DNA of 64,000 nt from Leucoraja erinacea. Lineage: Eukaryota. Positions 13,421 through 26,127 of the stretch are shown piece after piece. A model generated the notes under the pieces. It did not search any database, had not been told where the DNA came from, and saw nothing but the letters and a program-made list of their open reading frames with translations. Every line of letters begins with the position of its first letter. The first letter of the stretch is position 1. Location of the stretch: assembly GCF_028641065.1 (NCBI RefSeq), contig NC_073408.1, positions 14,384,001 to 14,448,000 on the forward strand, given 5' to 3'. The position numbers and the translations under genes are program-made.

Positions 13421-14698
13421 AAGAAATGATCAGGAATTTCCAGGAATTCAATCTTTGATGATAAAGGCTCTGTGAAATATTTCCAAGTCAAATTGGTGCT
13501 TGACGTAGAATGATAATATCAAACACTAGAGGGCATAGCTCTAACGAGAGGGGCAAAGTTTAAAGGAGATGTGCTGGGCAAGTTGTTTTTGTACACAGAG
13601 GGTAGTGAGAACACACTGCCAATGATGATGATAGATGCAGGTTGCTAGTGGCATTAAAGAGACTTTAGAATAACATCATGGATATGGAGGGATACAGATG
13701 ATGTGCAGGCAGATAAGGGTTGGACTTAGCATTATGTTCAGCACAGACATTGCAGGCTGAAGGGCCTGTTCCTGTGTTCAACTGTTCTATGGAACCACAG
13801 GTGGCAGTGTCCACCATGGCCTGTTGCCCTCATTTTTTGTTTTGTTTGATGAGGTCAAGTGTTGACGCAACCTTGGTGAGGATTGCAGTGCATTTGTGAA
13901 TCGCTTATGTTTCCGTTTTGGTGCATGCCAATAAGCAGGCGGATTTGTCCTGAATATTATTGGACAGGTGGAGCTGTGTTCTGGCAAATGAATGATGTTA
14001 AATCAGAATCTTGACTTGTGGGTTCCAGATGGTGGAAAGTCAAAATATTGGTTAGATTGCAATAAGGGTGTACAGTTCTGGTCAGCATATGGCAGGAAAA
14101 ATGTAATAGCTATAAAGCACGCACAGGATTCATTAGCATTGCTTGGAACCGAGTTATGTTGGTATATGGACGGATTAGATAGGCTGGGTTTATTATTACT
14201 GAAATTATCACATGAGGTTGAGACATGACCTTAATAACAATTATCAATTATCAGAGGCACATATATACGATAGATAATCGGAAAATTTAACCCAGTGGAG
14301 CCCACAACTAGAGGGCACAGGTTTACGGTGAAAACTTTAAAGGAGATCTGAGGGGAAAGTTTTTTTACAGTAGTGCTGAAAATATGGAAGAGCTGCCAGG
14401 ACATGTAATGGAGATGGATGCAATTACAATGTTGAAAAGGCGTTTGGACAGAGGAAACATATGAAGGAATATGAGCCTAATGCAGGCAAATGGGGTTAGC
14501 CAAGCAACATGGTTGGTGTGGACGGGGTAGGCTGGAAGGGCCAACATCTGTGCTGTATCTTTATACAATTCCACAATACCATGAGAGGAGGCGAGAGTTC
14601 TGGAGTTGAATTACATCAAAGTAATTTGTAATTTCCCACATTCAACAATGCTTTTTGTTTTGCGTGTTGAATGATTAGCTAAGCCCTTACATTCATAC

Positions 14699-14743
14699 CT
14701 GCTGTTGTACAAATGCCATGTGAACCAGGTAACATTCTGCTGC
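14699..14743 (-). CDS. IgSF gene 45-nt stalk exon
   Basis: Acceptor cttctattttattacAG, donor CAG|GTATGA. Phase 1-1, open frame (G)SRMLPGSHGICTTA(G). Confidence 0.75.
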
Positions 14744-15140
14744 CTGTAATAAAATAGAAGACATCAATCAGACAAGAATACTTGAAAGACATCAGTTGAA
14801 TTTCCAAAATACCAGTTCAGATTTCATAGAGGGAACATCGAAGTATGAAACACATTATTTATGTTGGCAGAAAAGTCCATCACAGCCCTTGCTGAGCAAA
14901 AATTGTGCTATTCAATTGCCTTGAGCTTTTTGAAGATATGAAATCTGTTTCAATCCAGTGCAATTGGCAGTGTTTTTGCTTTTCAAAATATCCTTTATTT
15001 GCAGAATGATTATATAATATTTTTTAATTGATTCAGCTGAAAATAGATTGGGCAGATAGCTGGAAATACATGTAGGTGGTGGATAAATCAGTTGTCTTAA
15101 AATGGACACAAGATGCTAGCGTAACTCAGCATTTCTACGG

Positions 15141-15300
15141 ATGCCGTTTGGGTTACAGAACGCAGGGCAATCGTTCCAGCGTTACATGGACCACGTACTC
15201 TCCGGCCTCGATTCAGTCTACGCATACATCAATGACATGTTGGTAGCGAGCTCCAGCGAAGAAGAACACAAGAAACACCTCGGATTATTGTTTCGGCGTC
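15141..15300 (+). mobile_element. Gypsy RT core fragment
   Basis: MPFGLQNAGQSFQRYMDHVLSGLDSVYAYINDMLVASSSEEEHKKHLGLLFRRL. Confidence 0.88.
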
Positions 15301-15423
15301 TCAAACTTGAACATTGTGCAATCACGAGCACCGATACGCACTCGCAACCTACTGACGGAAGGAAGGTCGTTGATGAAAATGCTGATGATGATTGGGCTCA
15401 GGGCATCTTCTTGAGGATCCAAT
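15301..15423 (-). mobile_element. CR1/L2-clade LINE RT fragment
   Basis: [36 protein letters not shown] is a degenerate PQGSVLGP..F..FINDLP...FADD motif. Confidence 0.7.
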
Positions 15424-16440
15424 GGAGCGTTTTGGCACCGGCACGATGGAAGTGGTTTTAAGGCACGTGGGGACAACTGCTTGGGCAAGTGACAGGTTGA
15501 AGATGTCAGTCCAGACGTCTGTCAGCTGTGCAGCACAGGCCCCGAGGACGTGCCCGGGGATGCCGTCAGGGCCAGCAGCCTTACGTGCATTAGTCCTACT
15601 CAGTGCCAGATACACGTCGTAGGGGGTGAGTGTGAGGGGTTGGTGGTCAGCAGGGAGCACAGCCTTGATGGCTGTCTCTAGATTGTCCTTGTCGAAGCGG
15701 CCATAGAAGTGGTTAAGCTCCTCAAGGAAGGAGGCATCGCTGGATGTGGGGGTGATGTTGGTGGGTCTATAGTCTGTGATGGCCTGGATGCCTTGCCACA
15801 TGCGTCGGGAGTCGGGGTTGTTGTTGAAGTGCTCCTCAATCCTGAGCTTATGGCAGTGCTTGGCCTTCCTGATGCCCCTCTTCAGGTTATCCCTGGATGA
15901 ACTGTAGGCTCGAGCATCGCCTGACCTGAAAGCGGTGTCCCGTGCTTTCAGCAGTAGTCTACCTCGCTGTTCATCCATGGCTTCTGATTCGGGAACATGG
16001 TCACCTGTTTGAGGGAGGTGACACTATTGATGGTGGAGTTTATAAAGTCCAGAACAGAGCATGTGTAGGAATCAATGTCTGTGTGGGAGTCAAGGGTGGC
16101 CTGGGCTGCAAACGCCTTCCAGTCAGTGTTTCCAAAACACTGCTGAAGTGTGGAGTCCGCTTCCTCTGACCAGACTTTAACTGTCCTCACAGTGGGTTTA
16201 ACCCGTCTGATGAGTGGGGAGTACCTAGGGAGCAGGAACAATGAGAGGTGATCAGACTGATCAAGGTGGGGGAGGGGGACGGCTTTGTAAGCTTCAGCCA
16301 TGTTAGTGTCGACTTTGTCCAGTGTCTTGCCTACTCTACTGGCGAAGGAGACATGTTGGTGGAGTTTGGGGAGTACAGTCTTCAGGTTGGAGTGATTGAA
16401 GTCACCCGCAACAATGAAGGCTGCCTCGGGGTTGTGTTTT
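15424..16440 (-). mobile_element. Rex1/Babar-type LINE internal fragment (end of APE domain to RT start)
   Basis: [87 protein letters not shown]. Confidence 0.9.
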
Positions 16441-18829
16441 CATTCTGGGTCGGAGTGGAAAAATCTTTCTGGGCAGCAGAGGTTTTTGTGCCAAATCATT
16501 AACATGCATCTAAACTAAATCTGCAGAAGAATCACAATATTACTCCCTAGTTCTAGCGCCTCAGAAGTTGCAAGGAGACCTGATACGGTATATAAAATTA
16601 TGAGGCACAGAAAGGGTAGACAGTCAGGACCGTTTTCCTCAGAGTGTAAACATTAAAGCCAGTGGGCATTGTTTTAAAGTGAGTGGGACAAAGTTTAAAG
16701 ATGTGCAGGGTGAGAGGGCATCTCATCTGCCTCCAGTATTTTTTAACATCAGAAATGCAATCTCAAACAATTATTTGAATTTTGCTGACTGTGGTAGTGG
16801 GACTCATGTGCTTTACTTGATCCAGTCAGCACTGATGACTCCTCTCCGCACTGGGAAGTTTACGCAATGAGCCCCCTCCTTTTACCACATTGATTTCCAG
16901 CTGTTAAAATAGAATGTGAAATATAAACCCTGCTTTATATGGCTGACTAAATGAACTGTTTTCAAGAGTGCATTTTCACAAACTGAAACTGTATTATAGG
17001 AATTTAAATTTAAAAGAAACAGGAAGGCAGACAGATTTCAGTTTCCAAAAACTTCCTCAATTTAACTTTACAAAATCTACAAAAGCTAGTCAAACTAAAA
17101 CCCTTTCAAAACAATTAGGCTTTGGACTGATCTCTTGCAAATTAGGATGGTTTAAATTAAAAATGAATATACTGGATGCCAACTATGATTAGTAGTTATG
17201 AGTTAATGGAATAATTATTTCTCAGTTGCTTTTTGTTTGAAAAAATATGAATAGCAAGAAGCAAGTAGGGCAAAACATTTGTTTTGTGGCAAATTAGTAA
17301 TGCAAATGTTCTATTTATCATGATCCTAACAAGTACTTCCTGCATTTTTCTGGAGGTTAGAGTTATATTCTGTTTTTTACTATCTCTCTCAATTACCACC
17401 ATGCAAGGGGTATGAAGAAGGGTCTCAACCCGAAATGTCACCTATTCCTTTTCCCCAGGCATGTTGCTTGACCCGCTGAGTCACTGTAACATTTTGTGTC
17501 TATCTTTGGTGTAAACCAGCATCTGCTACATGTTCCATCCTGCATGTATGGTTATGGGATTTGGTGTGTGGGGAGGAATATAAACTTTCAGATATTATGA
17601 AGATTCACTTCCAATTTGGAACTGTAGGTGAATCTTCACGAGTGTGATACAGGCCAAATTTTGACAATAGGCCACAGCGTTTGAAATTGTCACTTGGAGA
17701 AGAAATATCAGCTCTTGATATTAATAGTAGTGTAATAAGGCTTCACCATACATTTCATCTGATCTAGTGCAGAGTGTAAAATGAGACATAAAAAAATAGA
17801 ACAGTTCAGCACATTGGCCCACAATGTCCATTTTTCAAGAGAGTTTGATTTAGCCCTTAGGGCTAAAGGAATTAAGGGATAAGGGGGAAAAAGCAGGAAC
17901 ATGGTACTGATTTTGGATGATCAGCTTTGATCATATTGAATGGCAGTGATAGCTCAAAGGGCCGAATGGCCTATTCCAGCACCTATTTTCTATGTTTCAA
18001 TGTTTTTATGTATCCATGCCAAGTTAAATTAATCTCCTCTACGTCCACATGATCCATGCCCCGCATATCCATATCCCTAGCTAACAGCCTCTTAAACGCC
18101 ACAATTATATTTGCCTCCACCACCACCCATGGCAGCACATTAGAGACACCCAACACTCTGTGTTAAAACACTTGCCCCATGCTTCTCTTTTATTTCTTGC
18201 CCCACTCACAGCACTATGCTCTCCAGGCTTTGAAATTTCCACTGAAAAAATGTTCTGGCTGTCTACCCGAGCAAGGCTTTTCACAAATGTATACACTTCT
18301 ATCTGGTGCCCCCTCAACCTCCAACACTCCAGGGAAATCAATTCAAGTCTGTCCACCCTCTCTCCCACACTCTAATCCAGGCAGAAAATTTGCACTTTAG
18401 GCAAATCAATCTGAAACACAACTACAAAGTACACAATTGCACAGAGATGTTGGTGTTATAAATAACTTAAGGATTATACACTGAACAACAAAGAAAAGTG
18501 TCCACTTTGGACCGGTGGCCATTTAAATGGTGGTGAGATAGAAATGCTACCTCAGAAAAATGTTTAATTGTAGATATAAAGCAGGTGATGTTCTCTGCAT
18601 ATTTACTTAAGATGACTTTCTGACACAAAGATCAAGGAAGTAAACCGTAAATATCACCTCCCCTCCCCCCCTGTGGTCTCACTGACTGTAAGTCACAGAT
18701 TCACATGAATATCAGCTGATTTCTATTTGAATTTCACGAGAAACATCCTTCCGTAAACAAAGTTCAGTGTATTATATTTAACTGTAATCACTCACTCTTT
18801 TGGCTGCTGCAGATTTTTTTTTTAACTGG

Positions 18830-19590
18830 GCGAAGCTGTTAGAGCTGCCGGAGAGCTGGGTTCAATCACGACTTGGGTAACGTTAGTGTGGAGCTTACAC
18901 ACTCTCCCCGTGACCGTGTGGGTTTAATCCGGTTGGGTTTCCCCCTTGTGTGTAGGCAGTGGATGAGAAAGTGGAATAACATGGAACTATTGGGATAACA
19001 TAGAACATATATGGGCTCTATCTGTGGAAAGATGTGCTGCCACTGGAAAGGGTCCAGAGGTGGATTTCGAGAATGATCCCTGGAATGATTGGGTCAACAT
19101 GTGATCAGTGTTTGATGGTAGTGGGCCTGTACAAGCTGGAGTTTAGATGAATGGGAACCTCATTGAAACTTAGCCAACAGTGAAAAGCCTGGATAGAGTG
19201 GATGTAGAGAGGATGTTTCCACTAGTGGTAGAGTTTGCATAACCTTTGAAAGGAGACGAGGAGGAATTTCTTCAGTCAGTGTATGGTGAATCGATGGAAT
19301 TTATCACCACAGAAGGCTGTGCAGGCCACCAATGGACATTTTGAAGGTGGAAATTGACAGATTGTTGATTAATACGGGAGTCAGGAGTTATGGAGAGAAG
19401 GCAGGAGAATGGGGTTGAGAGGGAAAGATAGATCATCCATGATTGAATGGCAGAGTAAGCTTGATGGGCCGAATGGCCTAATTCTGCTCCTACAACTGAT
19501 GAACTTATGAACTAGTGTGATCGGGTGATCGATCGTCGGCATAGACTCGGTGGGCTAAAGGACCTGTTGCCATGCTGTACCTCTAAACAG
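18830..19590 (+). mobile_element. V-SINE interrupted by a CR1 3' fragment (about 19015-19505)
   Basis: SINE head (gggttcaatc B-box-like, ctctccccgtgaccgtgtgggttt) and SINE tail (gactcggtgggctaaaggacctgttgccatgctgtacctctaaac) flank CR1 sequence. Confidence 0.7.
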
Positions 19591-19914
19591 CTGTGTAAGA
19601 ATGTGTCAGCTAAAATTAAACTAAACGTCCTTACAATACAGAGGACTTCCAGCCCATCAAGTCAATAGCAGCTAGCAATCCTGTTGGTTCCATTTCCTCT
19701 ACTTGTCCCCTGCAATCTGTTCTCTCTCAGATGCGTTTTCCCTCCTCACTGCTACTACTACTTCCCCCCTACACCAGCAGAAATATATGGTGGCCAATTG
19801 ACTCTCCAGCTCATATTTGAGCTGCCCAGAAAACAGAAGCACTTGGGGAAAGTCCATACAGTGAGAGATTGAAATGCCACAGAGTTGGTGCCAGAGATTA
19901 GACTCTTGAGTACA

Positions 19915-20465
19915 ACAGCCTGGAATTCATGATGCAGCTTTGTATGACTTTAGTTAGGCCACATTTGGAGTATAGAATGTAGTTTTAGTTGCTCCAATAC
20001 AAGGATGTGGAGGGTTTTGAAGGTTTACCTGAACGATGCCTGGATTAGACAGTATTAGCTACAGGGGACTCGGATTGGACAAACTTGGATTGTTTTCTCT
20101 GGAACACCGGAGGTTGCGGGGGGAACTAACAGAAGTATATAAAATTATGAGAGGCATAGATCAGGAAGACAGTCAGAACCTCCCCCCCCCCCCCCCCACC
20201 TCACCAGGGTGGAAATGCACACTAGAGGCCATAGCTATAAAGTTACACATAGCGCATAACAATACAGCTAGAAATCTTTTTCCCAAGATCGAAAAGTCAA
20301 ATACTAGAGAACGCATCTTTATGGTGAGAGGGGAAAAGTTTAAAGGAGATGTGTGGGGCGCGTTTTTTGTCTTTACACAGAGGGTGGTGAGTGCCTGGAG
20401 TGCACTGCTGGGATTTGTGGTTGAGGCAGATGTTCGTTAATGGCATTTAATAGACTTTTGGATAT
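19915..20465 (+). mobile_element. CR1 LINE 3' fragment
   Basis: MPGLDSISY...LDKLGLFSLEHRRLRGELTEVYKIMRGID; FTQRVVSAWSAL. Confidence 0.85.
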
Positions 20466-20663
20466 GGCAACAAATTGGTCTGCAACTGAGGAAACATCAG
20501 CACAAACTTTTCAGTCCTGGAATCCAGCTATACTCCAGCCAATGCATAGATGACACATGAAATTGATTTACTGCCACATATAAATCCCAACTTATGAATT
20601 GATTTTGTCATAATATTTGACTTGAAAGTACCTTAAAGCCACACCAATTTTTAAAACACCCAC

Positions 20664-20969
20664 CTTGTGTTACAAGCAAGCTAACTTTGCATTCAAAAGT
20701 GTTATCTTTTGTGTACAAGTAGGCAGTATAATTTCCAGAATCTGAGTATTTCACTTCTATAACAGTTAAGGTAATTTCTTCTTTGTCTACGTGAAGTTGA
20801 AATCCAGTACACCTTGGTTCGGGTTCCTCGTTTAAATTCTCATAGCAAATTGTTTCAGCTTTTTTCTGCCAGTATGCAATATAACTTTTATCTGTGATCT
20901 TTAATGAGTGTGGACACTTCAGCGATCCCGGTCTGCCGGCTATCAGGGTGACTTTTAAATCTTTAATGC
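20664..20969 (-). CDS. IgSF gene immunoglobulin V-set domain exon (306 nt)
   Basis: Acceptor ttttgtatttgtttttaaacAG, donor AAG|GTGGGT. Phase 1-1, stop-free: (S)IKDLKVTLIAGRPGSLKCPHSLKITDKSYIAYWQKKAETICYENLNEEPEPRCTGFQLHVDKEEITLTVIEVKYSDSGNYTAYLYTKDNTFECKVSLLVTQ. It has the B-strand Cys, C-strand Trp, E-strand LTV and the D-x-G-x-Y motif. Confidence 0.92.
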
Positions 20970-21031
20970 CTGTTTAAAAACAAATACAAAAAGAAAACAT
21001 TCAGCATTTTGAAAACACCCATATTTAATCT

Positions 21032-21165
21032 CAGTCTGAAGAAGGGTTTCGACCCGAAACATTGCCTATTTCCTTCGCTCCATAGATGCTGCCTCAGCCG
21101 CTGAGTTTCTGCAGTATTTTTGTCTACCTTCGATTTTCCAGCATCTGCAGTTCTTTCTTAAACAT
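21032..21165 (+). repeat. Penelope-derived short repeat with hammerhead-like core
   Basis: cagtCTGAAGAagggtttcgacccGAAAcATTgcc followed by the family tail (atagatgctgcc...cagcatctgcagttc). Confidence 0.8.
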
Positions 21166-23574
21166 ATTTCATTTATGTCTTGACCTAAGCAACTAATGTA
21201 TAAGGAATGAAAGTTGGAATTTTATGTCCATCAGTTATTATTAGCCCAAATCTGGAAGTAAAAAATTGTGCTTTGGGCAGGTGCAAAATGTATGCACCCA
21301 ATTCCTGTTTCATCCGACCAATTAGAAACATGGAGCAGCATTTCTTGCTGTGTTCAGCTAAGATGGATTTGAGTTCTCACATGCTTTAGAAAAACTGGGT
21401 TGTGAAGTCACTTTGTGCAACTAAGATGAGACAGGAGAAATAATCCAAGCAATTCTTGTGCAAAGCAATCATGGACAAAACTATGTCTCCAGTACAGCAA
21501 TGTTTTAGTGTGTGCTTTCACTTATCATACAATTTAGACCACATGAGGTCAAATTCTGTGACATCAAATCATGTAATTGAATTGATTAAGGTATGTTAAT
21601 TGTGGCTGGTCACACGCTGACCTTCAGTCACTTTAATCAAATGCTCAGCAATTTCTAGAGGGTTGTAAACTAAAAGAACCGGGTAGGCCAGGAAAAAGCT
21701 AGCCAGCGAGAGCAAGCAGAGAGGGAGAGGGAGAGAGGGATGAGGAGGAGAGTGACAAGAGAGCTTGGGGGAATGATAGAAGGTGAGAAGTGAGAGATGG
21801 CACAAGGAAGGATGCAAAAAGGGTGAGAGAGATAGATCAGCCAGACAACAGAGGAGCTGGGTTTTGTCGGGAAAAAGTTATAATTAGAACTAGATTCAAG
21901 TCAACCACATACTGAAATATAAACCCATTTAAATTTTTGAATGTGCGCCAATGGAACTGAATTACTGGAGCACAGTTCCTTGCAAATATGTTATTGCCAA
22001 ATTGTGCCGACATTTATTCCTGGAAAAATCTTTGACAGTTTCCAGTGCTGAGCCTGCGTCATTTTGTTGGACTTCACTCTGCATTGAACATGGTATAAAA
22101 TAGTTTGGATGGAACTGTGTGAAAATAGAACTGGAAGTAATCCATTCTCCCACTTACGCCAAACACAACAATGAAGTTTAAAATAATTTAACTTCAACAG
22201 ATTGGGATAGAAAACTGCCCTCTCTTTTACATGTAAAATGTGCAAACAGGAACATATTTGCAAAGAACTCCGCTCCAATAATTCTGTTCCTTTGACTTAC
22301 ATTTCAAATTTCTACTCAATTATTTATAAATATTTTGCAATATTCTGAATGTTCTTCTGTTCCCACAAATAGCAAATTAAATAAATGAATTGCCTGTTGG
22401 TAAGTGTAACCAAGTTCCCATCATTTAAATAGTTTGTAAACCGAGCATATTCCAGGAACCCAACAAATGCAAAGTTCTCCCTTTGAAACCCAAAATAGAA
22501 GTGTTGTGTTTTCCGTATATATCTCCTGAGAATTTTTTTTAAATTATACCATAATAGCCTCCTTCATTTAGCAATAACAAATAATAATTTTCTACAATAT
22601 CAAATAAAGTTACATTAACATCTTGCACTGAAATAACCCATTTGCAACTATAATTACATTGTTATCCAACGTACTATTTCTCATAATTATAAAAAAATAA
22701 TTCTACCCAAATATACAGGGACAGATTCACAACAAGAAAATATTAAATTGCATTGACGCAGATGATGTTGTGGGCACAGAAACTATCTCATCGGAATACT
22801 CCTCTTCATTGCATCAATAGCATTGGATCACAATGGGTGCCAGTGAGGTAGGATTTTGTGTTTACAGCTGCCCTACTGTGGCCTTCCACACATCTTAAAA
22901 CAATTTCACTGCTCATTTGAAATCCTGCAATTGCTCCAAAGCTGGAAAATTTAGTACCCAGTTTGTTCCCAACATCAAAGAGCAATTTAATCTGTTGTCA
23001 TGGTGCAGGTTCAGTGATTCAGAGCTGAAATCTAGCATCTCGTGCACTGAAGCGCTAATTTAGATAATACAAGGAGGGTAATTCCAAACCATGGTAACTG
23101 ACCAGAGGCAAGCCAAGCTGCCGCACTGCTATGGAAACATTAGATATCGTTTGTGTTGCTTCCTCATTTAGTGGATTATTTATAAATAAGGATTTAACTA
23201 GAATCTTGACACAGCAAAGATACGTTGAGTAAGTAAGCAGCCAGCCTCATAACTGAGGAAATACACAAAATGCTTGAATAACTCAGCAAATCAGGCAGAT
23301 TCCCTGGAGAACATGGATAGGCGATGAGTCGGAAGAAGGGTCTCAACCCAAAAGGGCACTTGTCTATGTTCTCCATGGCCATTGCCTGACCCGCTGAGTT
23401 AATCCAGCATTGTGTGCCTTTCCTTGGTAAACCAGCATCTGTGGTATCTTGTATCTGTGGCCTCATAACTATATTGATCGGAAATGATTACCTGTGACTG
23501 TAGGTACAACAACTTAAACTAAGAATATTTATCTGTCCACTTTGTTCCATCAGTTGCATCAATTCAATACTTAC

Positions 23575-23641
23575 TCTCAGAATTTACTTCCAGTATGAAT
23601 GTTAATAAGATAACGTGGATGATACTTGGTAATCCACCCAT
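23575..23641 (-). CDS. IgSF gene first coding exon: signal peptide
   Basis: Exon 23653-23575 with acceptor ccctttctttgcAG, start context gaaATGG and donor GA|GTAAGT. Encodes MGGLPSIIHVILLTFILEVNSE plus 1 nt (phase 1, compatible with the IgV exon). Confidence 0.88.
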
Positions 23642-24039
23642 TTCTGTGGAAATCTGCAAAGAAAGGGAATGGTTAAACAATGAAAGAATGCATCCTTGCC
23701 ATTCTATATTCTGTAACACAGTGGCTGAAAATCAACAATGTGGGAACAATGGGTAGGAAGGAACTGCAGATGCTGGTTTAAACTGTAGATAGACACAAAA
23801 TGCTTGAGTAACTCAGCGGGACAGGCAGCATCTCTGAATAGAAGAAATGGGTAACATTTCAGGTCGAGACCCTTCTTCAGACTGAATCAGAGTAGAAGGA
23901 GATATAGAGATAAGGAAGTATAAAATGAGACAAAGGTGATATCAAGGGTCTCTTTTCTACATTTCTTAATCTCTGTCTCATTTTCATACCTTGCACTTCC
24001 TTATCTCTGTATGCCCCTCTCCCCTTATGTCTCTGGTAC

Positions 24040-24870
24040 ACCAAAATTAGACTCCTATTTATTGACTAAAGCTCTGCCTTCAATGCCATAAGCACACACA
24101 CACACACGCACACGCACATGCACATGCAGCCAATTCGGCTCTAACTCCATCCACAAGTTCACAGAAGACACCACTACAGAGTTACCGAGCAATCACGAGC
24201 AATGATGAGCTCGAGAGCTTAGTAACATGGAGTCAAGCCAACACCCTCTCCCTCAACAAAACCAAGTTGATAGTTATCGATTTCAGGAACTGTGGTGGAA
24301 TACATTTCACAATCAGCATCAATGGTGCCAAAGTGGAAATGGTTGAGAACTTCAAGTTTCTAGGCATGAATATTATCAACAATCTGTTGTGGAATAATCC
24401 ACATTGAAGCAACAGTATAAAACACACATCAACACTTCTACTTCCTTAGGCGACTGCGGAATTTGGCACATCTCCAACGAGACTTACATACTTCTACAGA
24501 TGCACCTCACACTATTGAGTTGCACCACAACTTGGTTTAGGAATTGCTCTGACCAAGTACACAAGATATTGAAGATATGAAGATGTAGCTCAGACCATCA
24601 CACTGATCAGACTTCCCAACATTAACTCCATCTACATTTAACTGAGTTGGGAAAGCAGCCAACATAATAAAGGATCTTTTCCACCTCGGTCATTTCTTCT
24701 TCCCCCCCACTTCCAATTGGCAGAAGTTATGAAACTTAAAAACACACGCCATTAGACTCAAGAAATTCTTCCCCTCTATTATCAGCCTTTTGAACAGTGC
24801 ATCCATAAGCTAGGATACAATCTCCAACCTTTCTCATTGTGGACATTGGACTTTTTCCTCTAAACTGTTG
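24040..24870 (+). mobile_element. Degenerate Rex1/Babar LINE 3' region
   Basis: Residual readings HKFTEDTT, INGAKVEMVENFKFLG, LYFLRRLRNL, homologous to 929..1456. Confidence 0.7.
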
Positions 24871-25706
24871 CATTATACTTCTGATCCAGAAGATTAAGAT
24901 ATATGGGATTCACGATGACTTGGTCGTATGGAATCAGAACTAGTTTATTCATAGCAGTTAGAGGGTTGTGGTGAAAGGTAGATATTCTGGCTGGACGCCT
25001 GTGATCAGTGGAGTTCTGCAGGGATCTCTGTAGTTTGCGAGACATATAAATGACTCGGACGTAAATGTAGATGGGTTGGTGAGCAAGTTTGCTGATGACA
25101 CCAAAACTGGAGGAACTACAAACAGTGAGGAAGGCTGTCAGAAGATACAGAGGGATATAGATCAGCTGCAGAAATGCCAGAGGAAATTTAACCTAAGTAG
25201 GAGGTGCTCCACTTCAGGAGGTTCAGTGGAAGGGGAAAGTAGTTTTGTTTTTACATAAAGAGTAATGGGGGGTTTGAATTGAATAACCTTTAATAATCCT
25301 TTACAGGAAATTACAGTGCCACAACAGCTTCAAGACAGACATAATACCACACATTTCCACAGATAGCTTCAATACGTACAAAAAAAATGGTTTAACTTGG
25401 TATCATGCTTGGCACAGATATAGAGAGCCGAAGAGCCCATTCCTGTGGTGTACCATTCTATGTACAATGCTGTGAACTATATTCTGCACCTGGTATCATT
25501 TGCTGCATTTTATCTTTTGTACCGTGGGTGTTGCCAGATCGCAGAATGCCAGACTAGAGACTTGGTTTGGTATTCTTTCAACATTTACTCTAAAATATGG
25601 ACAGCAAAATAATAACAAAAGCCACCTCTTTCCAGTATTTTCATTTCTTCATTGCCTCAACTCTTTGCCTTGTTATTTTGAAATGTCTCCACAAAAGCTA
25701 ACTTAC

Positions 25707-25815
25707 ATACATACTGTTGGATGCACACTAATCAGGCAAAGTCCTGACCTGGCTTTTGAGCGAGTGGACAGCTACGAGCTCACGGCAGGAGGTCGACTCG
25801 CATCCTTTCGAACTT
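25707..25815 (-). other. Possible non-coding (5' UTR) exon of the IgSF gene
   Basis: Unique, relatively GC-rich island with an acceptor (tttttctctatcctacAG) and candidate donors (CAG|GTCAGG or |GTAAGT). No transcript evidence. Confidence 0.35.
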
Positions 25816-26127
25816 CTGTAGGATAGAGAAAAACCAGTGTGGAAATAACTGTGCATCAGGCACCTAAATTCCAGAATATTAATTAACAATGCAAGGAGGA
25901 TAAGTATTAAAAAAGTAAAATGAACACCGTTCAGTGTGCAGTCAGAATCCAATCATCATTATCAACGGTGAGTCAACACATTTTCAGTGCCATATGTACT
26001 GTCAGTTGGGTTGCATGTGTGTCCAGAATGAAAGGAGGTCATCTAACAATAGTTCCTAAATATTAAGTCTCTTTCATTCTCTCTCCAGTTACACTCTGAT
26101 CTGCTGAGTATTTTTAGAATTCTTTAG

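Noticed and set aside
12429-23641. Naming the IgSF gene THY1, CD160 or CD80/86
   Set aside because: The Cys pattern does not match Thy-1 (no A-strand Cys, no F-strand Cys), no IgC exon was found as in CD80/86, and similarity is motif-level only. No symbol assigned.
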